NCBI GenBank assembly: GCA_030265395.1
Contig: JARFYF010000112.1
Location: 15,700,289-15,764,288, forward strand
DNA: 64,000 nucleotides
Direction: 5' to 3'
From: Rhina ancylostomus
Taxonomy: Eukaryota
Positions 27,850 to 40,649 of this stretch are shown piece after piece (position 1 is the stretch's first letter; each line of letters begins with the position of its first letter). Position numbers and translations under genes: made by a program. Under the pieces are notes generated by a model, which worked only from the letters and a program-made list of their open reading frames with translations, was not told the DNA's origin and ran no database searches.

Positions 27850-28930
27850 AGGAATATGCAGGGTCAATGTGGATTTATCAAAGGGAACTCACATTTTGCA
27901 AATCTGTGAGAGTCAAGTTTGTGACTAGCAGAATAGATACAGATAAACCAGTTGTCATGGTGCATTTGGGCCTTCAATAAAATGCCACGCAAGATTACTA
28001 AATAAAATTAAAAACACATAATGTAGGATAATATATTGGTGTGGCTAGTAAAAACAAAAAGAGTAGGAATACAGGTGAATTTTATGCTGCAAGGCTGTGA
28101 CAAATGAGGTGTCGCAGNNNNNNNNNNNNNNTGGGTGTGGTAATAGCAAATGGAATACAATGTGAAAAAACAGGGAAATCATCTACCTTGGAAGAAAAAC
28201 GTGAAAGGTAGACAACTTTTTAAGCAGAAAGAGAATGAAAGGTGTTGATGTTTAGGGATACCCATGTCCCTCTAGGAATGACTGAAAATTAACATGTAGT
28301 TTCAGCAAGCAATTAGGAAGCCACAAAGGTATATTGGTCTTTAGTGCAGGAGGATTTGAGTACAAGAGTAGCAATGCTTTGCCCCAATTATAAAGAGCAC
28401 TGGTGGCACCAAATCCAGAATATAGTGCACAGGCCTATCCAAGGAAGGATATATTTGTGACAAAGAGTGCAGCAAAGGTTCACCAGATTGATTCATGGGA
28501 TTGGGAGAATAAGCAAACTGGAGCCAAACTCCCTGAAGTTTAGAAGGATGAGAGGCGATTTCATTAAAACATACAAAGTTCTCAAGGAGTTTGGCAAAGT
28601 AGATGCAGAGTAGACATTTCCCTTCCCTTAGTTAAAATGTCTACAACTAGGGGAGACAGGTTTCATTATAAGGGGTCAGTCATTCAGGACAGAGATGAAA
28701 AGAAATCATTTCACCCAGAAGTAGTGAACCTTTAAATTCTCTACCCAAGAGGGTTGTGGAGGTTCAGTCACTGAGTAAATTTAGATAGAAACTTATAGAT
28801 TTTTAGATAGTAAGAGAATCAAGTGATCTATAGTTAAATGCAGGAAAGTGGCACTGAGGTAAAAAATGAGCCATGATTTTAATGAATGGCAACGTAGACA
28901 CAAGAGGCCAAATGGCCTACTTCTTATATT
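27850..28930 (+). mobile_element. Decayed CR1-like LINE
   Basis: ggatttatcaaagggaactca…, tataaagagcactggtggcaccaaatccagaatatagtgcacag and the ggccaaatggcctacttct tail. Confidence 0.8.
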
Positions 28931-29819
28931 ACTTTTTTGTACTATTGTAGTTCTCTCTGCTAATGATGCACCTGAGTCCACCAAGTGGACAACAACATTG
29001 GACTTCACAACTGAAAACCGAATAATGAATAGGGAATAGGTGGGTCTCAAATGCACAAGCAAATCTGAACAGGAGAGTGAAGTCCTGATCCTGTGTAATC
29101 TANNNNNNNNNNNNNNNNNNNNNNNNNNNNNNNNNNNNNNNNNNNNNNNNNNNNNNNNNNNNNNNNNNNNNNNNNNNNNNNNNNNNNNNNNNNNNNNNNN
29201 NNNNNNNNNNNNNNNNNNNNNNNNNNNNNNNNNNNNNNNNNNNNNNNNNNNNNNNNNNNNNNNNNNNNNNNNNNNACAATTATACCTGCCTCAACCATTT
29301 CCTCTGGCAGTTCATTCCGTATACTCACCACCCCGTGCAAAAATGCTGCCTCTCAGGCCTCTTTTAAATCTTTTCCCTCTCACCCTAAACCTATGCCCCT
29401 AGTTTTAGATTCCCATTACTTGATACTACATGCAGCACTGCTGAAGATCTAACTCCAGCACAGGCAAAGGTCACAGTGAAAGGGTGTCAGCACCTTTCGT
29501 GTTCGTGACTCAACTTTTATATCAGAAATGCAAGAAATGAGGCCTCCAGATTAAAGTGGAAATCTGCATCATAACCCAAAATGTTTCTAGATTATTTTCA
29601 TATATATTCTTCAATTCAGCAACTGTTTTCTGACTTCCAACTGATTTTCCAGTTGCATTCAACCATCTCTCTCAATAAGATCCATCAGTCAAATCCATTA
29701 GATTTATCTCAAGCATCAAGAGTTATTAAATATTTATACCAAAGTATACAACATTTAAGTTACAGACCACCTACCTCGGCACCACAGATGTAAAATATAT
29801 ATAATAAAAAACAAAGCTG

Positions 29820-30135
29820 TTCGTGCACTATGGAAGGACTGTTGCCCTGCACCAGGTATCATTTTTCACAAAAGGTATTAAATCGAGGCCCCCATCAACT
29901 GGATGTATTTCAAAGGAGAGGACAGACAAGTTATCCTTGGCATCTGCCCAATATTTATTCCTCCATCAACATCATTAAAAAAAACCTCATATTGCTATTT
30001 GCAGGGCCTGGCTGTGCAAAAACTGGCTGCTGCATTTCTTAGATTACAGCTGTACAACATTCAAAATACATGCTGCATTGGCTGCAAAATGCTTTGGCTA
30101 TGAAGGTCACTATCTAAATGAAAATCTGCTTATTT
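29820..30135 (+). mobile_element. DeuSINE (SacSINE1-like)
   Basis: Deu-domain-like ccaatatttattcctccatcaacatcattaaaa…gctgtgcaaaaactggctgctgcatttc. Confidence 0.7.
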
Positions 30136-30868
30136 ACCTGAAGCTTTTCATTAAATCTCACATATTCCAAAAACATGCTGCAGCTTCTTAATATTTCCAA
30201 TCGGCACTTTAAGCTTTCAGTTGCAGAAACCTAGAAATTCTATCATGAAGCATTTCCAACATGTTACATGATTGAAAGGGACTGAAAAAAAGAGATAATG
30301 AAACCCATTGCATATAAATAAAAATTGAATTGTTGGCTTCAGTACAAATATCAGACCTATACACAGAAGCCCTTGGAAGCAAAGCAATGATGTCATTCAG
30401 CTTGCAATGCAAGTCTGACATCACCAATGAAACGCTGAAGCACGTATATTCAGTGAAGAGAGAGGGTCAGGGGGCAAAATTGTAACAAGAGGATTAAGGC
30501 CTGTTGGAGAGTGAAAGCCCCACCCCACTGCCCTGGAAGATATTATTTTAAATGCAGGGATACGTTAGTAAATATTTCCATGGGTTTCACAATTTCTAGC
30601 CCAGCAAGTTTTATTGTACACACCACATTTGCCTGATAAAACGCTCCACATACTCACCTTCAGGGAAATGGGAACATACTAGAGTTTTTTTTGACTTAAT
30701 GAAAAGCCCTTTTCCACAGTCAGAAGTAAAAGGCATTCCAAATAGGTCTCTTCTATAGAAGACTTTTTAACTGAATGCACCAGGTAAAATACCCATGGAA
30801 TCAGGTGGAATATCAGCATTACACTCTGGCCATTGTTTCTTCCCATTGATTTCAAAGAGTACGAGTTG

Positions 30869-31140
30869 CAAGATATCTTTATTAGTCACATATACATCAA
30901 AACACACAGTGAAATGCATCTTTTGTGTAGTGTGTTCTGGGACAGCCCGCAAGTGTCGCCACACTTCCGGCGCCAATGAAGCATGCCCATAACTTCCTAA
31001 CGTGTACATCTTTGGAATGTGGGAGGAAACCCACGCAGTCAAGGCAATCTGGGCAAGCAGTGACGGCAGAGGAATGCAGTGCGACCCACGCAGACACGAG
31101 AGAGGAAACTAGAGCAGCTGGAGGAAACCCACGCAGACAG
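30869..31140 (-). mobile_element. tRNA-derived SINE, internally rearranged
   Basis: Same tail as 32655-32965, with three copies of acccacgcag. Confidence 0.8.
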
Positions 31141-32529
31141 TTCAGATAAGAGGACAAATCAGCATTGCACCTGATCCTATCAGTTTCCCAACAGACAGAT
31201 GTTCAGTTAAAACTTGCCTCCCTTACTCTGCAATTGATATTCTCCTTATTACATACAGAATATACCACGATCGAGTAATATTCCCTCTTGACATTTCGCA
31301 GACAACTGTTTAACTGGATATTTCAATTCTAGTAGGAAACAATAGACCAGATCTTCACTTTTGATCTAGTGTTGCACATGTGCAAGAGTATCATCTGTCA
31401 GTTGCACCATTTGCCCACAGATTCATTTCTAATGGACGTGAATGTGTGGAGTGAGTTCAGCCACAGGCCTATGCTTTAATATCCATTTAATTCAAGCNNN
31501 NNNNNNNNNNNNNNNNNNNNNNNNNNNNNNNNNNNNNNNNNNNNNNNNNNNNNNNNNNNNNNNNNNNNNNNNNNNNNNNNNNNNNNNNNNNNNNNNNNNN
31601 NNNNNNNNNNNNNNNNNNNNNNNNNNNNNNNNNNNNNNNNNNNNNNNNNNNNNNNNNNNNNNNNNNNNNNNNNNNNNNNNNNNNNNNNNNNNNNNNNNNN
31701 NNNNNNNNNNNNNNNNNNNNNNNNNNNNNNNNNNNNNNNNNNNNNNNNNNNNNNNNNNNNNNNNNNNNNNNNNNNNTTGTTAACCTATTCAGAACTATTC
31801 CTCCCAAGTGAGCATATATCATGTTCTGAAAACTAATGGAAGAGTAGAAGTAGAGGCAAGAGCTTGAGAGTGGGGCAGAATACCAGTAAACAGCAGGCCA
31901 TACACTATTAATTGTATCTGCAGCATGGATTTCCATTCAATTAATGCAAGATTTCCATTGTACCCTTAGTGCTTTAGTTAAACTGTCAAGATTGTTGCAG
32001 ATTTTAATGTGATTTCTATGTAAGTATAATGGAGGAAAGTCAAGGGTGAGATATCAAACTGTTCTGAAGAAAATTTCACTTGATTCAGTGCCAGGAGTAT
32101 CAGCTGCTGTGGCAAGGGCATACTGTACCACAAATAAACAGGGGGCCCTCTGAGCCTCGTCAATTTTGATCTTTCAAAAAGGTGAAGTTACCTAATAAAT
32201 AGGAACAGAGTAAATTTGGAATTCCATGTCTCTGGCAGGGAGCCGCATTCACAGGGTGGCACAGATTCAGCAAATTGCTGCTCACACTTCCATTGAGAAC
32301 TGCCCTACACAGGGGACATGAAACGTGCTGTATTGGCCTTTGTAATTTTCTCCTTTCTGTTCAAAGTTGTAAGTATTTTGTTAAGAAAATTAATATCTAT
32401 TTGAAAGTTCAGCTATTTAATAAATGTATCCATTTTAGACACTTTGGATTACGGGAAGTTGATAATTCAATCAGTAGTTTATTTATCTTGGACATAGCAT
32501 TTTAGTAAACCCCCTTGCCATTCATTAAG

Positions 32530-33180
32530 TCATTGAGCTATCCAGCACAGAAACAAGCCCTTTAGCCCACTGATTCCATGTTGACTATCAAGAACTAATC
32601 CTCTGCTAATCCCATTTAATTCTCCCCACATTCCTACTAATTTCCCCAGAGCATGGTAGGGCAGTGGTTAGCGTAACGCTATTACAGTGCCAGTGACCCA
32701 GGTTCAATTCCAGCCACTGTCTGTAAGAAGTTTCCATGTTCTCCCTGTGTCTGCGTGGGTTTCCTCCAAGTGCTCTGGTTTCCTCCAAGTGCTCTAGTTT
32801 CCTCCCACATTCCAAAGATGTACGAGTTAGGACGTTGTGGGCATGCTATGTTGGCACTGGAAACGTGGCAACACTTGCAAGCTGCTCCCAGAACACTCTA
32901 CACAAAAGATGCATTTCACTGTATGCTTCGATGTACATGTGACTAATAAAGATATCTTATTTATTCTACCTCTCACCCACACTCTGGGGGAATTTAGTGT
33001 CTAATATTATCACAACCCACACATTTTGGGAGGTGGGAGGAAACAGAAGCATCCAGAGGAAACCCATGTGGTCACAAGGAAAATGTGCAAACTCCACGTA
33101 GACAGTGCTGGAGGTCAGGATTGAATTCAGGGCAATGGAGCTGTGAAGCAGCGGCTCTACCAGCTTCACCACTGTGTCAC
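32530..33180 (-). mobile_element. Older V-SINE/HE1-like element split by the 32655-32965 insertion
   Basis: The halves join as …ttccccaga|ttctacctctcaccc… and are colinear with the copy at 11300-11536. Confidence 0.75.
32655..32965 (+). mobile_element. Near full-length young tRNA-derived V-SINE nested in an older SINE
   Basis: A-box-like gggcagtggttagc, B-box ggttcaattcc, V-domain gtttcctcccacattccaaaga and tail atgtacatgtgactaataaagatatcttat. Confidence 0.9.
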
Positions 33181-33399
33181 CCGGTTAAACTCTGAGACGC
33201 CACAGTGAAAAAAGCACTGACAGAAAGTAAAGGGATATTGAGACTGATATTGCACCCCTTATGCTCTGCCAGGAGGACAGCTGCTTTTTGGGTGTGTCAG
33301 GACTGGACTGAGTTATAACCAAAGCCTAAAACAGAGGAGGAAGGAATTTACTGACTTCAAAAGAAATTGACAAGATATGCGGCTAAAATTTTGAGTAAT

Positions 33400-33595
33400 T
33401 TGTTATGACCTTGCACCTTATTGTCTACCTGCACTGCACTTCCTCTGTAGCTGTGACACTTTACTCTGTATTCTGCTATTGTTTTTACCCTGTACTATCT
33501 CAATGCACTGTATAATGAATTGACCTGTACAAGTGGTATGAAGGACAAGTTTTTCCACTGTACCTCAGTACAAGTGCAATAATAAACCAATACCT
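33400..33595 (+). mobile_element. Rex/Babar-like LINE 3' tail
   Basis: gtctacctgcactgcacttcctctgtagc…ttttccactgtacctcagtacaagtgcaataataaacc matches the tail at 63420-63580. Confidence 0.8.
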
Positions 33596-35759
33596 ATTTC
33601 CTCCATCCATTTAATTTTATGTAAAACATTTCAAATATTTTAAGATTCTCACATTATCACTTTGAATTTTGTCACAGGATATGATTCAAACAATAAAAAT
33701 GATAAAGAGTGGCTTTACATATAAAATTCTATTTCAGAATAAAAATATTTATAATATTCTTTCAAGACTTCAGTAAATAAAGTCACTATCATTTGATATA
33801 CAGACATGCATACCAGAAAGGTCTGGATTCAATCAATCCTAGTTCCATGTGAGTTAGCTGATGGAAGCTATGGGGATACAATGCCTGAAAAATAACTATT
33901 TAGAAATAACAATGATGGAAGGATTTTAATTCAAGCCATTATTCAATAGCATTTGAACACTCCCAAGATAATCTGGGGTTTCTTTTATGCAGCACACGAG
34001 GATTGGCAGTCTCAGATCATACCTTAGTACAAATGGCTTAAAGGTAATATTACTTCCTTTAAGTTTGTCATCTGAATTTATCATTGGTTCACCTGAAACT
34101 ATTTAATAAACCTTTAATCTTAAAAACAGAACACATTTTAATTTGCTTGCTACTTTCAGCAAATTATTTATATAGCTAGATAAACTACAGACTAAAATAA
34201 TTCACTGCCATTATTTCTGAACTTAAACCTTTGATTGAATACCAGGTAACAGCACCAGGGAAACCATCAAATTCAGAAACAATGCAATTCATAAACTTAT
34301 TACTATGGCACCACTACAGTAGGAATGGGAATCAAGACGTACAGGGAAGTCAAGCTACAGTACAAGATGCAAAGGAAAGAGCTGAGCAGTAATAGAAAAT
34401 GACTCGGGCGTATCCAAGTTGTAACACTGATTGTTTGAGGAAGATACAAGAGGTTAGTGCTGCACCTGACCTGGCAGGATACATAAATGAGAGTCATGGT
34501 GCAATACAGGACATGAGGGGGATTCAGCTTGAAATATCAAATGTATGGGAGCCTGTGGAGCTCTAATACACAATGGATGATCAATTGAGAGTTCATAATA
34601 CTAAATGAATGACTTAATGCAATTGTAACACAGATGCACACCGTAATGTAGATCACATAATCAGCATTAAAGCTTAATATGACTTGGCATGGAAATGTGA
34701 TACATACTGCACGAACTAATATAGAGCAATTACATAAAGCTTCCAATGTGAAGAGGTGTGGGAATGTAATGATTTAAATAATGCACCTCTGAGTGACCTG
34801 ATTGAAATAGCTCCATGCAACAGTATCATCCATAACATTCATAATATTTTTCAATTTATTTTTCTCTTTATATCTTTTGCCTTCATCAGTAACCATTGAA
34901 TAGTCTCCAGCATATCTACAAAATTCCATTTTATTTAGATGATCATGCTCTATAAAAATTATTAATAATACATGACAACTCACCAGCATCCCAAAGGATG
35001 TGAATTGGGGATGCATAATTAATCTTTGACAGTGTTCATGAGACAAAATTAGAGAAAAATTATTCAAGATCTGGCAGAATTCTTCACTACAATAATCCAG
35101 TGCATTGCTGGGACAAAGACATAATTTTGGGAATCATTTGTTAACTATACTGCAAGTGTAGATTTTAAATCTTAGAATTTCTTGTACTGAAGATGAAAGA
35201 TGTCAATACAAGGGAACAAAACACTTTCACATCCAAAGTAAACCATTGCCATATAAGAAATGGCATGAAGCAGCATCACAGAATGTACATTATACATTTT
35301 ATATGCTGCAAAATTCCCTTTACTCTTTTAAGTTTAAAATGTTTACATTTTAAACACCAACAGGCTGAAAGACAGGCAAATAGCCTGATCTCCGAGAGCA
35401 TGCCAGTCATTAAAATAAGGCTGCAAATCTAAGATTTTATTTCTATTCTAGATTCATAGTTGGCCAGCCAAGTTTCCATGGCTTTATGAAACCTGACAGT
35501 TGAAGGGAAGCAAAAACATTAGGATGGAACAAGTAAACCATGAAAAGCAGGAGAGCTTCCATCCACTCCACCAAGCTTACCATTTCCATGCCTACAATCA
35601 GAAACTGTTTGCTGGGGTAGTTTCCATTTTACTAAAGAATCTTTGTTCCTAGCTTTTTAAAAATATCTCCAAATGTCTTCAAATAAACACTGCACATTGC
35701 AGTACCTTACCCAAGTGTAAGCTAAGACAGTAACTGCAGACAAGTTACTTAAATACCAT

Positions 35760-36190
35760 AGCTCAATGGCAGAATGCTTACCCAAGTGGTTGTGAGGTCA
35801 AGTTCCATTCCAGTGTCATTAGCACAAAATCTGATATGTAATGCAGAACTGAGAGCGCCAAATGGCAGCATGTCAGCCAGTATACTAAGACATCAAACCA
35901 AGGTTTCACTTGCCCTCTCAGAAGAGGCCTCAATAAGATCATCAAAAAAAAATCTATGGCATTATTTCAAAGATTATCTCATATCAATACTAAACCTTCC
36001 GTTTAACCTCACAACCTCAAAACACATTGTACGGGCATTATCCTATAGCTGTTTGGGCAACGATGCTGGGTGCAAATTGGCAAAATATTGTTTCTTACTT
36101 TACAAAAATAATTCATACTCCTTTATTCAGAGGTTTGGGACATCCCAAAGTGATGAAAGCTGCCAAATGAATCCAAGTGTTTCTCTTTCC
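35760..36190 (+). mobile_element. Decayed DeuSINE
   Basis: tRNA-like head, atggcattatttcaaaga, gtgcaaattggc and the tttgggacatcccaaagtgatgaaagc tail. Confidence 0.65.
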
Positions 36191-37648
36191 ACTAGGACAG
36201 CATTTCAGCAGAGCTTTATGCCTATTACCCAGCATCAACATAGGTCATTTGAGAGTAAAGAAAGACAGAAATTGACCAATATCACCCTCCATTAGCCAAG
36301 GAATACTGAAGCTCATGGCTAAGAACAGGAACATTAGCCTACTATTGCCGCAAGATCAGTTAACTTGGTACAAGTTAGGGCTCTCGCAAAGCACCTTCAT
36401 GTTTTGTAAGGCTCCATAGCAGATCATGTAAAACACTTATTGAAAAGCCCAGACTAATTGCCCTTTTATGTTTTCTGATGATTTCTTTCCTGCTTATCAA
36501 GTCATCCAGGGAAATCTCTCTCATTTCCCTCCACTATGGAATACAGAATCAGCCTCAGCATGTTCAATAAAAAGGTTGTTTCTACTTTGATATTCTGAAA
36601 GGCTGAAATACATTCATCATAGATTACTACAGTTTCTTTATTATTGACAGTGCGGCAGTCAGTAATCCTCCAAGTTGTTTTTGTTTTGATTAAATATATC
36701 CACGGTGCCTTCAATTCCTCTCTTCTCGCCCTCTCTCCCCAACCGCCATCCCCTCAACAATCGTTTCTACTTTATGGGAGACTCATATTTCTGAACTCTA
36801 CCAGGTTGAATCTATTCAACATGGATCCCTCAGTAAAGGCCTACATCTGTCTAGACTGTAAAGGTTTAGATTATATGCATCATGGCTCCTTGTCTTATTT
36901 TCATCTTGGTGAAAACACCCTCAATTGACTCAAATGCCACATCAACCACCACTGATCGGGTGCTAATATCAAAGCTGAAAGCTGCAAAAAGACAGTGATT
37001 GAATTATTCTTACTGCCCAGTGTTTTCAGTTTTCTATCACAGCAGAGCTCAAATCATAGAGAAAATGCACCACCAATTATATTTAAAAACAAATGTAATC
37101 AGCTGCCTAAACATGTAATGGATAAATCAAAATATGCAGATACAGCAAAGTCAATTTCAGAGGTTAACTTAACTAATGTAATCCTTCAGAGAAAAAAATA
37201 GTCGTGCCAAATTTGTAATCCAATCAAAAACGGCAACGTTTATTTTGATGTAACTAATAATCATAGAAAGGTTTCATTCTGGCATATCCAGATGCAGTTG
37301 ATGAACCCAATCATTGCTGAATACATCTTTACATAATGACTGTAACGAAATCCAAACACTCATTCGATTGAACAACCTGGCTACTGATAACAATCAGAGA
37401 TCAAAACACTCCTGGACACAATTCAGACAGGGGCAGAGATGCTGCAGAAAGAAATCCGTTACACGACCATGAACGTTTGGAGAGATAAAACGATATGGGG
37501 GGGGGAAATTAAATGTTAATTAAAAAACTATATAGTTAAAATGTAAACAATGCTGTCAGCAATAAAGCCATGGACTGCTGTCTGGAAAGATTAAATTAAC
37601 ACACATAGGGATTGACAGAATAGATGATGGAAAGATGATAGATGTGGG

Positions 37649-38076
37649 NNNNNNNNNNNNNNNNNNNNNNNNNNNNNNNNNNNNNNNNNNNNNNNNNNNN
37701 NNNNNNNNNNNNNNNNNNNNNNNNNNNNNNNNNNNNNNNNNNNNNNNNNNNNNNNNNNNNNNNNNNNNNNNNNNNNNNNNNNNNNNNNNNNNNNNNNNNN
37801 NNNNNNNNNNNNNNNNNNNNNNNNNNNNNNNNNNNNNNNNNNNNNNNNNNNNNNNNNNNNNNNNNNNNNNNNNNNNNNNNNNNNNNNNNNNNNNNNNNNN
37901 NNNNNNNNNNNNNNNNNNNNNNNNNNNNNNNNNNNNNNNNNNNNNNNNNNNNNNNNNNNNNNNNNNNNNNNNNNNNNNNNNNNNNNNNNNNNNNNNNNNN
38001 NNNNNNNNNNNNNNNNNNNNNNNNNNNNNNNNNNNNNNNNNNNNNNNNNNNNNNNNNNNNNNNNNNNNNNNNNNNN
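37649..38076. other. 428-N assembly gap, probable location of the MAPK8IP3 ATG-containing exon
   Basis: The N-terminal JIP3 sequence (…MSERVSGLAGSIYREFE…) was not found elsewhere in the window. The gap abuts the only CpG island and is large enough for an exon of about 106 codons. This is an inference. Confidence 0.7.
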
Positions 38077-38367
38077 AAGAAAGACCCACGCCCCTGGGCG
38101 GGGGAGGAGAGAGAGAGAATCGGCAGTCAGATGTACACCAATGCAGTCGCAGTGCATCTTAATGCAACGCCCCGTCCCCATCTCACCCACCCCCCCCCCC
38201 CGTTACGCCTCTCCCTCTCCGCAGCGACGGCCAAGATGCCTCAGGCGCACAACACCAGAACAATGCTGGCTGGGGAGACTCTCTGCAAACAAAAGCCGTC
38301 CCTGCCTGCGCCCTTCTGTCTACATCCCCAGCCCCACGGTCTCAGGCTGCTGTCATCTGTGCCGATC

Positions 38368-38375
38368 TGACGTCA
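38368..38375. promoter_or_regulatory. Perfect CRE palindrome TGACGTCA (CREB/ATF site)
   Basis: CTGACGTCAG at 38367-38376, inside the CpG island. Confidence 0.65.
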
Positions 38376-38389
38376 GGACACGGGATGTC

Positions 38390-38402
38390 TGCATTATGGG
38401 AA
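38390..38402 (-). promoter_or_regulatory. ZNF143/Staf-type motif TTCCCATAATGCA
   Basis: Plus strand TGCATTATGGGAA, 14 nt from the CRE. Confidence 0.55.
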
Positions 38403-38414
38403 ATGGGATCGCAA

Positions 38415-38439
38415 CCTCCCTCCCTCCCTCCCTCCCTCC
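38415..38439. repeat. (CCCT)n microsatellite; G-quadruplex-capable (GGGA)n on the minus strand
   Basis: cctccctccctccctccctccctcc read directly from the sequence. Confidence 0.85.
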
Positions 38440-38819
38440 GTCCGCTGCAGCCGCGGCGCTTTGCTGCAGCCCGGCTGCAAATCTCCGGGGCTCCTCGGCG
38501 CCCACTCCTTATTATCTCAGCTGACTGTAGCTCTGCCCCTCCCCGTTGGAGCAAAACGGCACCCGGAGGAGATGCATTAAATGATTGACAAGTATCGTTC
38601 GAGAAACGGAGTGTACACCCATGGATAGGCTCGGAAGAGGCTGGGCACATTTTTTTCCAGAAGGCTCAAGGAGTGACCTTTAATATTTTGAATGGATTTG
38701 ATACGGAGAACACATTCCCACCTATAGGGAGATATGGGGAAAAATGGGGAGCTTAAATGCAAAATAATTATTAATAATTCCAGTAGGGAATTAGGAGATT
38801 GTTTAGCTCACATACCGAA

Positions 38820-39960
38820 TGTGCAGTTTCTAGCAGGGTCGCCATTTATTCCCCATCTTTAATTGCCCACCTCGAACTGTTGCAGTGCATGTGGTGAAGG
38901 TACTCTCATTCAATTGCTTGCAATGAGTTGCAGGATTTTGACCCAGCAGCAATAAACAGTGACGTTGCTAAATCAGGATTGTTTGTGACTAGGAGGGGAA
39001 CCTACAAGTCCGTGTGCTCCAATGTGCCTGTTAGTGATAGAAGTTTGCTGCTGAAGTAATCTTGCTAGGTTGCTGCAGTCTATCTAGTTGAAGAGACATA
39101 CCACAGCCAGGGAGTACTGCTGAACGTTTAGAGTGATGGATGGGGTCCCAATCAAACAAACTGTTTTCTTCGGGTTGGCGTTTAGCTTCTCGCTTCTCGA
39201 GTGTTGTAATTGTGTGCATTGAGGCAAATGTAGAGCATCCATCACGCTCCTGAAACACCTTCTAATGGTGGAAAGGCTTTGTGGGCCTGGGGTTATTGTC
39301 ATTAAACATCCAACCTCTGATCTGCTCCTGTGGCCACAGTATGTGTGTGGCTGGTCCAGTTTAGTTTCTGCTTAATGGTGACTGAATAGCAGGGACTGTC
39401 ACTCTCAACCCACCTCTAAAATTCAGCATTTTTATTCATGTTTGAACCAAAGTCACGACGAGGTCTCAAGCCAGATAATACTACTGAAATCCATTATGTG
39501 CATTGAGGAACAATTTTTGGTAGCATTCGCCACAACTCCTTCCACTACTTTGTTGTTAATGGAGCATGATCTGGCATGGTAATTGTATGGCAAGACATAG
39601 CTGGGGAGCTTACTCTGAGCAATTTTCCACTTTGTTCAGGTAAGTGCCAGTTTTGCAGCTGCACTGGGATAGCTTGGTCAGAAGCACAACTAATTCGAGA
39701 GCACAAAGACTTCATCTGTACATACAAAATTTGTAAATAGCCAAAGCCTTTACTGTTTTAGATTCTTTCTGCTTCTTCTTGATATTATGTGAAGTAAACC
39801 AATTTGGCTATAGATTAGCTTCTGCTGTAGTCGGTTCCCGGGATGATACAGCAGTGGACCATTTGTGAAGTACTTCTGGCAAAAGGTAGTTGCAAATCCT
39901 TCAGGTCTTTTGCAGTCATATGCTAGGGTCCATTCATCAAGAAGAAGGGATCTTCCCAGA
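38820..39960 (-). mobile_element. Decayed LINE, same family as 17960-19960
   Basis: Shared segments, for example cctctgatctgctcctgtggccacagtatgtgtgtggctggtccagt versus 18477-18522. Confidence 0.7.
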
Positions 39961-40649
39961 AACTCCTTCCCACTTACAATATCTTAATCGTCAATTACAA
40001 TCCATGATTGGATATTGATGTTATATGGAATGTGAAAGATGTCACATGGAGTAGCTGAAATGAATATAATAAATTCATTTCAGGGGAAACAATGCAAAAC
40101 AATCATTAGTCTTTCTGAGGTAACAATGTCTCATTCTAAAGTTTGATGCCTCAGGGCATTAGCCCAGCATTTTGTGTTCAGCTTTCAGGAGTGGGTCCTG
40201 AACCAAAAATCTTATGACTTAAGAGGAGAGACTGATCATAGGTTACATTGGTCTATTCCTGTGTTGGAAGTTCCATGTAAAATGCACACAAAATCACTGC
40301 TATTGCAGCAGTGGAATGCAATGTCTAGAGTTACAGTACTAATAAAACAAAAAGTTGAAAATATTCTTCAAAAAAAAGTCAATGACAAGATTTGAAAATT
40401 GATTAGCTAAAGGGTAGGCTCCAATCAGAGATTACTGGGGAACCTTTTTTTAAAATGGCCTCTCTACATATACATACATGCATTTGTTTAATTACTTTAA
40501 CTTTATATAAAGTCAATTGTCGGCAGAAATTTTAAAATCCTTCAACTTCACCAAAACATTGCAGCCATTCAACCCATCAGATCAGTTGTCATATCAGCCT
40601 TAGGAGTTTCTTTCATTAGTGTCAATTTTCAACCATTTCTATATATTTT

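Larger units (their letters stand above)
38077..38620 (-). promoter_or_regulatory. CpG-rich promoter / 5' UTR region of MAPK8IP3
   Basis: This is the only strongly GC- and CpG-rich stretch in an AT-rich, CpG-depleted window. It lies upstream of the JIP3 exons on the minus strand. Confidence 0.8.

Noticed and set aside
32655-32715. tRNA-like A/B boxes
   Set aside because: This is a SINE head; there is no cloverleaf, and it continues into the SINE body.
35774-36295. 173-aa ORF
   Set aside because: It lies over a decayed DeuSINE and resembles no known protein; a chance open frame.
37556-38370. Long ORFs containing runs of X, here and at other gaps
   Set aside because: They are artefacts of translating N runs.
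38141-38650. ORFs within the CpG island
   Set aside because: GC-rich DNA is poor in stop codons, and none of these resembles JIP3 or another protein.
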